A stretch of DNA of 64,000 nucleotides from Saccostrea cucullata (lineage: Eukaryota): positions 310,001-374,000 of the forward strand of contig NW_026931171.1 of assembly GCF_032062105.1 (NCBI RefSeq). The letters are read 5' to 3'. Below, one piece after another: positions 39,901 to 51,700 of the stretch. The position numbers were made by a program, and so were the translations under genes. The notes beneath the pieces are model-generated. The model saw only the letters and a program-made list of their open reading frames with translations, did not search any database and was not told the DNA's origin. Every line of letters starts with the position of its first letter. Positions within the stretch are counted from its first letter, which is position 1.

Positions 39901-42686
39901 TGCTAGTTATAAAAGTTAATATAGAAGACATTTAGCGATGTACTTGAATTAGCGGACTCTATTTTCTACCAAAATTGCTAAATACAGTAGAATACACAGC
40001 TAAATGTAGTTATTTACGTTTATAGTATACGCTTCTCAAGATTCTAGTTCAGCTTTGAATATCTTGTACTTCCACTGCATGGATATGCTTTCAAAATTGT
40101 GAAAGTACTTTTTCAAATGCTAAATTGTTTGCGGCCGATTTGATGCTTTACATCAATTTTTAATTGTGGAAAATATTAACTGAGTCAAGGATGTTTTAGG
40201 CACTTCTTATGCTGAATATTGAGCAGTGGTGATTGGTTATTTGAAGTTTCCTTGTGGTTTAAACAATAAAACAATGGCATAAATCTAAAAGTCTGAAAAA
40301 TTAATAGTTTTAGTGTGATTTTTTGCTATATAAAAATATTTTTCAAATAACAAGAAAAAAACTATTATAGCTATTTCTGTCAGATTTCCAAGTTAAATCA
40401 TTCTTGCCTTACTGCATAACTAAGATACATTTGTGCGGAGTTAAAAAGATTGTTAATTCATAATTATTTGAACATGTGTTAAAATAAGGTTACAGGCACT
40501 CTTGTAAAATATTCCCGAAATAAATTGACTTTTTTTCTGAAATAAGCAATTATTAAACCAGCGGAAATTAAAAATTCGATAGATTTTCTAGGATTGTTTA
40601 TATTAGTATTTTTTTATTATTTATAATAAATTGATTTTGTTAAAAGGATAGATATCGAGTTAATCAATATACCCTTTTTTATGTTTGCCATAATGTGTCT
40701 TTCCGTTTACCATAACGGCCCTCCATACTTGTAACCATGCAGACAAAAATAATCTTTTTCTTCTATAATTCCATAAACCCTTTCCAGTGCGAGTTGACAA
40801 TTGCAACAAGCATTAATTTGTGCACATTTATGAGCAATAAGTGAGATTTAAACAGGCTTAAATATCCCCGCAATCATCGGTTGCTATGTTAAAAATGCAA
40901 CTTCCGGTAAAAAAAAGAGTGCTCGCATTATTAAATGCAACGGTAGAAAATTTATTAAAATTCAAAACATGAAAGCATGACAGTTTTTGTTCATTTTAAT
41001 ACCCACCATGACTTGCGGTTCCAACGCCTTGCAAGTTATCGAATGAAACTGAGGGTATCCAAGGCAGGAAATATAGCGTAATTTCACTATAATAGTGAGA
41101 TACCACTATTATAGCGGAATTTACGTTTCCCCCCAACCTGTTGATTACAGTTTAAATGCATTTGAAATGAAGCATAAAATTCCAAGCTCTTCTGTCTCAG
41201 ATTTCACCGAAATGACTATAAGAGATATATATCAGATACGAGGATTTTGGCGTTGTCCATTTATTTTATCAGAAAAAGGCCTAGACAAGTTAGAAATTTA
41301 TTTTCACTTGTTTTATATTAGTTTGAATTAAGACTTATAAATGGTAGGCCAATGTAAATTGATTTATTAAATTCATCTGTTTTCAAGCAGTATATTGAAA
41401 AAAGTAAGCATTTTTACACTGTGACATACATATACAGTAACAGGTAAGGACTAAATGTATGGCTGGACCGGAAATTGAACCAGGGACTCCTCCATTACCG
41501 GTGTCATATAATATATTGAACCCCGCGATATTTCGAACCCGGGTTCACAATATCCCTGCGAAATATTGAACCCCCCTATAAAATATTGAACCCGGGGTTC
41601 AAAATATTATGGCCATAAAATTTTGAGTCCCCCTACCCTTTTAATCTAAGAGGGAGGGAGGTTCAAAATATATAATGGCCATAAAATATTCGAGTCCCCC
41701 TGCCCTTTTAATTTTACAGGGAGGGGGGTTCAAAATATTATGGCCATAAAATACTGAGTCCCCCTGCCCTTTTAATTTATGAAGGAGGGGGTTCAGAATA
41801 TTATGGCCATAAATATCGAGTCCCCCCACCTTTTTTAATTTAAGAGGGAGGGGGTTCAAAATATTATGCCCATAAAATATTGAGTCCCCTGCCCATTTAA
41901 TTTTACTGGGAGGGGGTTCAAAATATTATGGCCATAAAATATTGAGTCCCCCTGCCCATTTAATTTAAGAGGGAATGGGGTTCAAAATATTATGGCCATA
42001 AAATATCAAGTCCCCTGCCCATTTAATTTTACAGGGAGGGGGGTTCAAAATATTATGGCCATAAAATATTGAGTCCCCCTGCCCTTTTAATTTATGAGGG
42101 AGGGGGTTCAAAATATTATGGTCAAAAAATATTGAGTCCCCCTGCCCATTTCATTTTACAGGGAGGGGGGTTCAAAATATTATGGCCATAAAATATCGAG
42201 TCCCCCCGCCTTTTTTAATTTTACTGGGAGGGGGTTCAAAATATTATGGCCATAAATATCGAGTCCCCTGCCCATTTAATTTGACTGGGAGGGGGTTCAA
42301 AATATTATGGCCGTAAAATATAGAGTCACCTGCCCCTTTAATTTTACAGGGAGGGGGGTTCAAAATATTATGGCCATAAAATATCGAGTCCCCTGAACAT
42401 TTAATTTTACAGGGAGGGGGGTTCAAAATATTATGGCCATAAAATATTGAGTCCCCCTTCCCTTTTAATTTATGAGGGAGGGGGTTCAAAATATTATGGG
42501 CATGAAATATTGAGTCACCCTGTCCTTCTTATTTTACAGGAGGTGGGTTCAAAATATTATGGCCATAAAATATTGAGTCCCCCTGTCCTTCTTATTAGCT
42601 CACCTGAGCCAAAGGCTCAAGTGAGCTTTTCTGATCAGAATTTGTTCGTTGTCTGTCGTCGTTGTCGTCGTCATCAGCGTCGTCGT

Positions 42687-42717
<31 letters not shown>

Positions 42718-45700
42718 AAGAACTACTGGGCCAGTTTCAACCAAACTTGCTTTCAAATCATGACCCATGGGAGTAGGGTGGGGCCAAAATGGCCGATCAA
42801 AGTTTTACAATGGAGTATAAAATAAAAATCTTTAAAAATCTTTAAAAATGTTCTTCTCAAGTACCGCTGGGCCTGGAAAGATGAAACTCATGTGGAATCA
42901 TCCTCAGGTAGTGTATATTAAAGTTTGTTCAAATCATGACCCCTGGGAGTAGGGTGGGGCCAAAATGGCCGACCAACGTTTTAAATAGGAATTAAATAGG
43001 GAAACCTTTTAAAATCTTTTTTTCAAGTACTTCAAAGCCATGATTAGTGATATTTATATGGAATCATCCTCAGGTAGTGTAGATTCTAGTTTGTTCAAAT
43101 CATGACCCCATGGGGGGTTAAAATTCAAGCTCCCCCCCCTACCTCAGTAAACTTTCAGTTCTGTATTAGTGTATGAAATTTGATCAGAATATCTTTAAAA
43201 GTGATGCAGTTGAATTGCTTACATTAGTATGTATCAACATATGAAGTTTGACACTAATTTCGTTAAAGTGAGGTCAAGGTCAAAGGAAATGCCAAGATCA
43301 AAATTCAAAAACTATTGATTCAGTTGAAAAGCTCTCATCAGTTAGTATCAGCAAATAAAGTTGAAAAAAATATTATAAATGGTTTCTTTAAAACTGACTT
43401 AAACACAATTTGATAAAAGTAAGGTCAAGGTCAAATAAAAGGTCAAAGTAAAAATTGTTGATGCAGTTGAATTGCTTACATCAGTATGTATCAGCATATG
43501 AAGTTTGACACTGATTTGGGAAACTTGAGGTCAAAAGTAAAAGGAAAGGTCAAGGTCAAAAATGTTGATGCAGTTGCATAGCTCTCATCAATATCTATCA
43601 TCATATGAAGTTTGATGAAAATATCTTGGATAGTTTCTTTGAAACTAAGCTTTGAACAGAGCTAAACACAAAGTGTGACGGAAGGACAGACGGAAGGACG
43701 GAAGACGGACATGACAAACACTATATGCCCCGGCCACATTCATGGCGGGGCATAAAAATATATTTGACAACATAATCAGGCAAAAAAGTAACAAATAATA
43801 TGAAAGAAGCTTTATTTATATGAACTTCAAAATTTCATTTCAAAATGTTGTAAATTGATATAAATTTTTGGTGATTTATTAGGACAGATCATTCAGTCAC
43901 AGAGCAGAAAAATCTTAGATGTCTTAGGCATGAAAAAATAATATGAGCTTTCTTTTTCTCGACATTTTTCCAAGAGTTCATGACAGTTTGTGTTACCTTA
44001 TCTAGTCTACATCCATACACAATTTCTTGTCAACCTTAAAATCTTTCAAACAAGTAAAGCATTAATTCTTCTGTTTTAAAAACCCAAAACTGCAGGTATT
44101 TATGAGATATAGTGTGAAATTGGTCACTCTCAATCATGTTCTTTACAGTCTGGATAAAGTTTTCATCCATAATCTTCTTCCTGACATCCCGTATAGCCTT
44201 TTTACAGACCAAGGTCTAACAGTCTAAAATTTGCTATTTGTAGACAAATGTCAGGAATACCCTAGTTTACTACATTTTATTAGGTCACCTGAGTAAACTC
44301 AGGGGACCTATTGCTATCTGTTTTCGTCCGTCGTTGTGCTTCCTGTGTCGTGTGTTAACATTTGAATAATTTCAGCGTCTTCTCTGAAACCACCGAACCA
44401 ATTTCAACCAAATTTGATATACAGCATCTATGGGTGAAGGGGAACAGAAATTAAGAATTTCATGGTCACCGCCCCCCTGGAGCCTGAGGGGTGGGTCCAA
44501 AACCACTAAAATTATTGCAATCTTTAAAAATCTTCTTCTTTACTCCTGGACATCAAGCAGGCATACTGTTGGCATGATTGTAATCAGCATTGAGTCCTCT
44601 ACCCAAATTGTGAAATTCATGGCCCCTGGGTCAGGGGTTCAAGTACTTAAGGGCAGGGCTAAATAGAATATATAGTGAAAATGCATAAATTCTTTGAAAA
44701 TCTTCTTCTCTGCTCCTGGGTATTAAATAAACTAACCAAGTACATAGTTATGATGAGCAAGAGTGCCTCTTCAAGATTGTAAATTTTATGGCCCCAAGGT
44801 CAGGGGTTCTGGTGTTAGGGCGGGGCTATATTGATGATATACTGAAAATGCTCTTATTCTTTGAAAATCTTCTTCTCTGCTCCTGGGTATTAAATAAACT
44901 AAGTAAGTACATAGTTTTGATGAGCAAGAGTGCCTCCTCCAGATTTGTGAATTTTATGGCCCCAGGGTCAGGGGTTCTGGTGTTAGGGCGGGGCTCTAAT
45001 GATTATATAGTGAAAATGCATTTATTCTTCGAAAATCTTTTTCTCTGCTTCTGGGTATTAAATAAACTAACTAAGCACATAGTTATGATGAGCAAGAGTG
45101 TGTTTTCCATAATTGTGAATTTTATGGCCCCAGGGTCAGGGGTTCTTGTGTTACAGTGGGGCTTTATTGATGATACAGTGAAAATGCATTATTCATTGAC
45201 AATCTTCTCTGCTTCTGGGTATTAAATAAATTAACTCAGTACATAGTTATAATGAGCAAGAGTGTCTCTTCCAGATTTGTGAAGTTTATGGCCCCAGGGT
45301 CAGGGGTTCTTGTGCTAGGGTGGGGCTATATAGATTATATAGTGAAAATGCATTATTTCTTTGAAAATCTTCATCTCTGCTCCTGGGTATTAAATAAACT
45401 AACTAAGTACATAGTAATGATGAGCAAGAGTGCCTCTTGCAGATTTGTGAATTTTATGACCCCAGGGTCAGGGGTTCTGGTGTTAGGGCAGGGCTCTATT
45501 AATTATATAGTGAAAATGCATTATTCTTTGAAAATCTTCTTCTCTGCTTCTGGGTATTAAATAAACTAACTAAGTACATAGTTATGATGAGCAAGAGTGC
45601 CTCTTTCAAAATTGTGAATTTTATGGCCCCAGGGTTAGGGGTTCTGGTGTTAGGGCGGGGCTCTATTGATTATATAGTAAAAATACATTAATTCTTTGGA

Positions 45701-48700
45701 AATATTTTCCTTTGCTCCTGAGTTTTATGCCAGTGATCCAAGTATATATATTAATGATGAAGAAAGGTGCATCTAGCAGTGGGTTTTTATGCCCCCTGGG
45801 TCAGAGGGGGTGGGGGGGGGGGGGGGTGTTACATAGTCTGAGAATGAATTAATGCTTTGAAATCTGCTCTTTGGTATTAATCAACCATTTTTTGATAAAA
45901 TTTGCAAAATTTTGAAATATGTGGCCCCTGTATCAGTGGTTCTTTTGGGATGAGGTGCACAACTGGGTACAAAGTAGAGTTGCATTTTCTCTTTGTTACT
46001 CTGATCTACCTCTGAGTATTAAGTTAATAGAGTAAGCATGCTAAGTCAATAATTATGATAAGCAATGGTGCCTCTTTCAAAATTGTGAATTGTGAATTTC
46101 ATGGCCTCTGGTTTAAAACACAAACCAAATTTAATTGTTTGAAAGTTGTTACACAATACTCAGGTGACCTATAAGGCCCATGGGCCTCTTGTTACACATA
46201 TTTTGGGCCTGTATTGGGGATATAGTACCCTTGACTTATTGTCAAAACTGAGTACAATATATATATTGGTACCCAAAATAAGGTCGCCTAACTTGAAATA
46301 CAATTGTGAAATATGAAAGCCATATCATGATATGTTATGGCCAGGTTAAAGTTTTTTCATGAGTACAAAAATCTTCAACATCAAGGTCACAAGGTCAGGT
46401 TATTGGTATCAAATGAAAGGTCAAAGAATACATATGTGAATTACGGAAGCCCTAGTCCTAACTGTTAAAAAATTATGGCCAAGGTTAAAAAGATTTTCAG
46501 AAATCCAATATCATGCAATCAATATGATGTAAAAATATCATACTCAACTTGAAAAAAAACCCACACACACGTACAATAAAGTCATCAATATTTTATGATA
46601 ATATTAAGTTGAAGCCCTTCTCTTCACTCTCCCTAAAAAATAAAAAAGGACAGGGGACTCGATATTTTATGGCCATAATATTTTGAACCCCCCTTCCTAT
46701 AAAATTAAAAGGATGGGGGTTCCATATTTCATGGCCAAGATATTTTGAACCCCCTCCCTCTTAACTTAAAAGGACAGGGGACTTGAAATTTTATGGCCAT
46801 AATATTTTGAACCCCCTCCTTGATAAATTAATAGGGCAAGGGACTCAATAATTTATGGCCATAATATTTTGAACCCCTCCCTCTTAACTTGAAAGGACAT
46901 GGGGGTTCAATTTTTTATGGCCATAATATTTTGAATCCCCTCCCTTTTAACTTAAAAGAACAAAGGGGTTCCATATTTTATGGCCATATTTTGAACCACC
47001 CTCCCTCCTAACTTAAAAGGACATGGGGATTTAATATTTTATGGCCATAATATTTTGAACCCCCTCCCTCCGATCTTTAAAGGACATGGGGGTTCAATAT
47101 TTTATGGCCATAATATTTTGAACCCCCTCCCTCTTAACTTAAAAGGACATGGGGGTTCAATATTTTATGCCATAATATTTTGAACCCGCCTCCCTGTAAA
47201 ATTAAAAGGACAGGGGGACTCAATATTTTATGGCCATAATATCTTGAACCCCCTCCCTCTTAACTTAAAAGGACATGGGGGTTCAATATTTTATGGCTAT
47301 AATATTTTGAACCCCCTCCTTGATAAATTAATAGGGCAGGGGATTCGATATTTTATGGCCATAATATTTTGAACCCCCCTCCATGTAAAATTAGAAGGAC
47401 AGGGGGACTCGATATTTTATGGCCATAATATTTTGAACCCCCCTCCCTCTTAACTTAAAATGACAGGGGGGATCAATATTTTATGGCCATAATATTTTGA
47501 ACCCCCTCCCTCTTCACTTAAAAGGAAGGAGACTCAATATTTTATGGCCATAATATTTTGAACCCCCTCCTTGATAAATTAATAGGGCAGGGGGATTCAA
47601 TATTTTATGGCCATAATATTTTTAACCCCCTCCCTTTAAAAGTAAATTGGCAAAGGGACTCAAAATATTATGGCCATAATATTTTGAACCCCCTAACTCT
47701 TCAATGAAAAAGGTAGGGGTTCAATATTTTATAAGGGGGTTCAATATATCGCAGCGAAAAAGTAAACCCGGGTTCAAAATATTATGCGATATATTGAACC
47801 CGGGTTCAATATATCGCGGTATCAAAATATGCTACACCGGTACTAGTCAGGTTCTTTACCAACTGAGCTATCCAGCCCAATATCCACGACCAAAACCATT
47901 ATGCTCCTCCCCCTTAAATTGCCTTTGCTCTCAAAGACACAACCCAAGTTGTTATTTGACCCTGGCAGGACTTTCAGTTACAAGTCCATGGGTGGTGAAC
48001 AGCACCAAATCTAAGAGAAAATGTATGGCTGCATGGACTTGGAATCGAACCCAGACTCTTGCATCACTAATCAGATGCGCTCTACAGACTGACCTATCCA
48101 TATCCATGCCCAAACCATTACGATTCAAATAAAAATCATTTCTGTAGGACTTTTAAAAAAGTGTTTGTTTTTCCTCTCCTGACTGACAGCTTAAAATTGA
48201 CCTGACTCAAAACATTTTTCAACCTGCAAGAAATTTTTTTACCCCCTATTTATTCCTGGATTTTTTCCATTCTGTCAAATAAATATGTTTGTTGAATTTG
48301 CTAGGAAGAAAAGAATTTCCCACCTACCTACAGACCTAATGTTTTTAACCTTGGTTGAAAGAGGGCATGTAAACATTATTTTAAATTTAAAGTTGTATTA
48401 TTTTGTTGAGTATAACCCTGTATTTAAAAATAATTATTTCAATACCTGTTTCTCAACTGGATTAATGATGTCCAGGAAACGTTTTGTAAGAACTGAAATG
48501 CAAAGTTTGCAAGATGAAAAATTGAAACTGATTGAATACAACTTCTGTTATATTTACATATTTAAAAGATGTCATGTGCAGTTCAGTGTGTAATTTTGAT
48601 ATGATATGTCAGAAGTGAAGTTTTATTTTCTTTTACCCAGGTTGTGAAGGAGTACAAGTGGAGGAGCTATGGAGTTTGGACTCTACAAGTTTTGAGAATC

Positions 48701-51700
48701 TTAAGTAAGACAATTATTTAACCACAAAATACATAACATGAAATTCTCTATAAGAAATTTTGAAAAAAAAAAGTGAAGTACGAATTATTTATAGTATAAA
48801 CATGATAAACATTAATAGCCATTCTCTGTAACCACTTAAACTTCGTTGCCACGCATGGTCACCAATTTTGATGAAACTTCATCCATGCTAAGTACGTGAC
48901 ACCAGAAACAAACATCAAACAAAATTTCGTTGCTATGTGTCTCGGTTGCTATGACAACAGCTGGAAAATTTTGAAAAATCGAGATTTTCAGCCACTTTAA
49001 ATCTTGACTGTGGCTTAATAAAAACTAGAAAAAGGAAACAAACCATTCTCACAAAAACATGACACCTTGATGTCACTTATACTGTAAAGAAACTTTTTAG
49101 AATATATCTCTAAGTAAGTGGTAACCAAGGGTACATTTGGAATACATTTAAAATGCTGAAATATGCTGAAAAACACTCCGCATTCACTAATGGTAGGTGT
49201 TATATGCTCAAACTTAATCAACGACTCAAGAAAAACAATGAAAATATTTGACCTTAAGTATATAGGTTTAAGCAATATTATTCTATAAATAACTTTTATG
49301 GTTGCCATGGTAACACAGTGTAACCATGCAAAACCAGTAACTAAGATTGGGTTAATGCTACTGTCTTGAGGAAAAACATGAAAATTCAAGACTGGCAAAT
49401 ATGCATCCTTAGGACCGTGCAACACCAAAACCATAAGAAAAATTGGGTATAATTACTACTTTGCAGTGTTACCATGGAAACAAAGTACCAGTGCTTAAAA
49501 GTGAATTATTTTTCTCTGCATTAAGAATTAAATTGCCATTTAATCAAGAAAAAAATTAAAGGACTCAGCTTGAGTAGTACTTATCTGTTAGAACTGAAGT
49601 TGAATATCATATATTGATAAAATTTGATGAAGAAAACAACACTGTTGCTATGGTTACCAAGAAGGGAAAATGTTCGATTTTCTGAACTTTATATCAATAT
49701 TAAACCCTGTGTGCCAACTTCTTGCATCCACTTAGAGATTGGATGATAGTCAAAATTAAAAGTCAGGTAAGCTGTTAATAAATATCAATCATAAAAGTTT
49801 TGGGAATCTACATTTAAGGGTACGTATCCAAGGAAAGAAAATATTTTTAAGGTTTTTAAGCATATATTTTCTGCTTATTTCCATAGCAACGCTCTAGTTA
49901 AAGAATCTAATCTGAATTTTTTCAAATGGGAAAACTAGGAGCACACCAACATCTTTAAAAATTGATCATTAGTTATGAGGAAATGTGCTATTTTTAAAAG
50001 ATAGGATCAGATTTAAACATACAAAATGTTACTTTGAAGGCTCTCTGTGGTATAAAAACCTTGGCAACCATTGCCAACCAAAATGAAATATATTTTGTTC
50101 TTGGTATATGTTTCAAGGCTCTTTTTTCTGTTATTTGGTCACATTTCATCCTATAATTGCTTGTTATTTTTACGTGTATGACTTTATAAAATTCAATGAA
50201 TATTTTTTTTACTTTTGAATACTTTGTTTCCATAGTAACGTATGTAGTAGTTGATTTACCAAACATGTTTATCATGCATTTGAGACATCTGACCTTCTAA
50301 TTTTGGAAACAGTCATCGCCAATAGTTTGCTTTGCCGCAAATGTTAACTATGGGGCTCTAAACATGTTAAAAAATGTCTTTTTTCGAACTTTAAGACATG
50401 TTGCCATGGTAACTATAAAGCATAGCAACCAATTTTTGCCTGATTTCAGTTTAGGGTATCAATGACTTTTATCATAGAGAGTTTGGAGAAATTCTGAGAC
50501 TATGCGTGCCACAGCTCCTATATAAAATTTCAAGTCATTACAGAGAATGGCTCTTAAAAAGATATCATGACGAAAATTGTGACTTCTAAACAAAATGGAG
50601 AGTCGGAGGTGGGGGATACAGTTGAACTTCAATATTTCTAAAACTGATATCTTGATTCCTTGCATATCTCAATTTTTATTTCTATTCATATGAAATTTTA
50701 CATTTCAAGGTGATCATGAATTTGAGGGTCTCTCCATACCTCGAAAACAACGAAAATTAATCTACCACAAAAAAAATTGATTTCACTGTAGGAGCTGTTG
50801 GTGTTTTTTCCCTTGACTTAGACACCCATGAAATCATGAATTAAAACCTTACACAAAATGAAATAGATATTAGAAATTATCAGGCTATTTGTTATAATAC
50901 AAGCAGTTAGTTACCCACACATATACACACATATACACATTTGTTAACGAACTAGATACTTTGGAATACTTGACAATTAAGAATAGCACCCAGGTCTTCA
51001 TTTTGTTTGTATACAAATCTTTATATCAACAAATGTTGTTCAGATAATTGTATTTAGATTACAAGGTATACTGTAGATATATTGGTTTGATATTATGTTT
51101 TGTAGACCAGTTTATGGACTGATATTCCTGTTTAAATGGCAACCAGAATCGGAACCAGAAGGCAGCATTGTCCAAGACAATCGTATAGAGAAAATCTTCT
51201 TTGCAAAACAGGTATGAGGGGTGTTAGAAAAGTTCGCGGACAAGTTCAATTGTGAGCGCGCTATTTCCACGAAACCGGTCAAACTTTCCAGATAGAATCT
51301 TTACTTTTTTGCCAATAAATATACAAGAAATTTTTTCTCTCCGATGATTATTAAAAATTATACAGCTTTTTTATTTTGATAAAACTTGCTTCACGGAGCA
51401 TGCTACATTTTGGCACGTTTACATCACAAAGACTCTTTATTAAAATTAAAAATTGCACAATTGTAACGCAAAGAGGTTTATGATATTTTACCTGCCGCTA
51501 AAGTATTCATGAAACATCACTGGGAGAAATTTTGAACTAAATTGGAGGGTATCTGACTGTTTTATAGCCGTTTGTATATGATCATTGCGTAAAAACACAG
51601 CCAAAAATCGGAACGTCATTGAGCGTCATGGAGCACTGCACTACGTAAAAATTATGTATGCAGACTGGAAAATGTCTAAAAAGAGATTAAAATGTTCAAG

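Larger units (their letters stand above)
34270..41140. mobile_element. 6.9-kb non-autonomous element with ~450-bp TIRs and 5-bp TSD
   Basis: TTGAT|CAGGTCGGGGGGAAACGTAAATTCCGCTAT ... ATAGCGGAATTTACGTTTCCCCCCAACCTG|TTGAT; arms ~34270-34719 and ~40691-41140; no long ORF. Confidence 0.9.
41498..47840. mobile_element. 6.3-kb foldback element with TA TSD and inverted ~63-bp minisatellite arms
   Basis: TA|CCGGTGT..CCGCGATAT..GAACCCGGGTTCA ... TGAACCCGGGTTCAATATATCGCGG..ACACCGG|TA; arrays at ~41590-42590 and ~46645-47695 in opposite orientation. Confidence 0.9.
41436..48122 (-). mobile_element. Older Helenus-type TRIM split by the 41498-47840 foldback element
   Basis: Reverse strand: LTR ~48122-48011, PBS TTTGGTGCTGT, internal part similar to 30935-31037, PPT AAGGGGGAGGAG, second LTR 47902-47841 continuing at 41497-41436. 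Confidence 0.8.

Noticed and set aside
41590-47695. CRISPR-like array (palindromic repeat plus variable segment)
   Set aside because: Intervening segments are variants of one unit rather than unique spacers; eukaryotic intron; no cas genes
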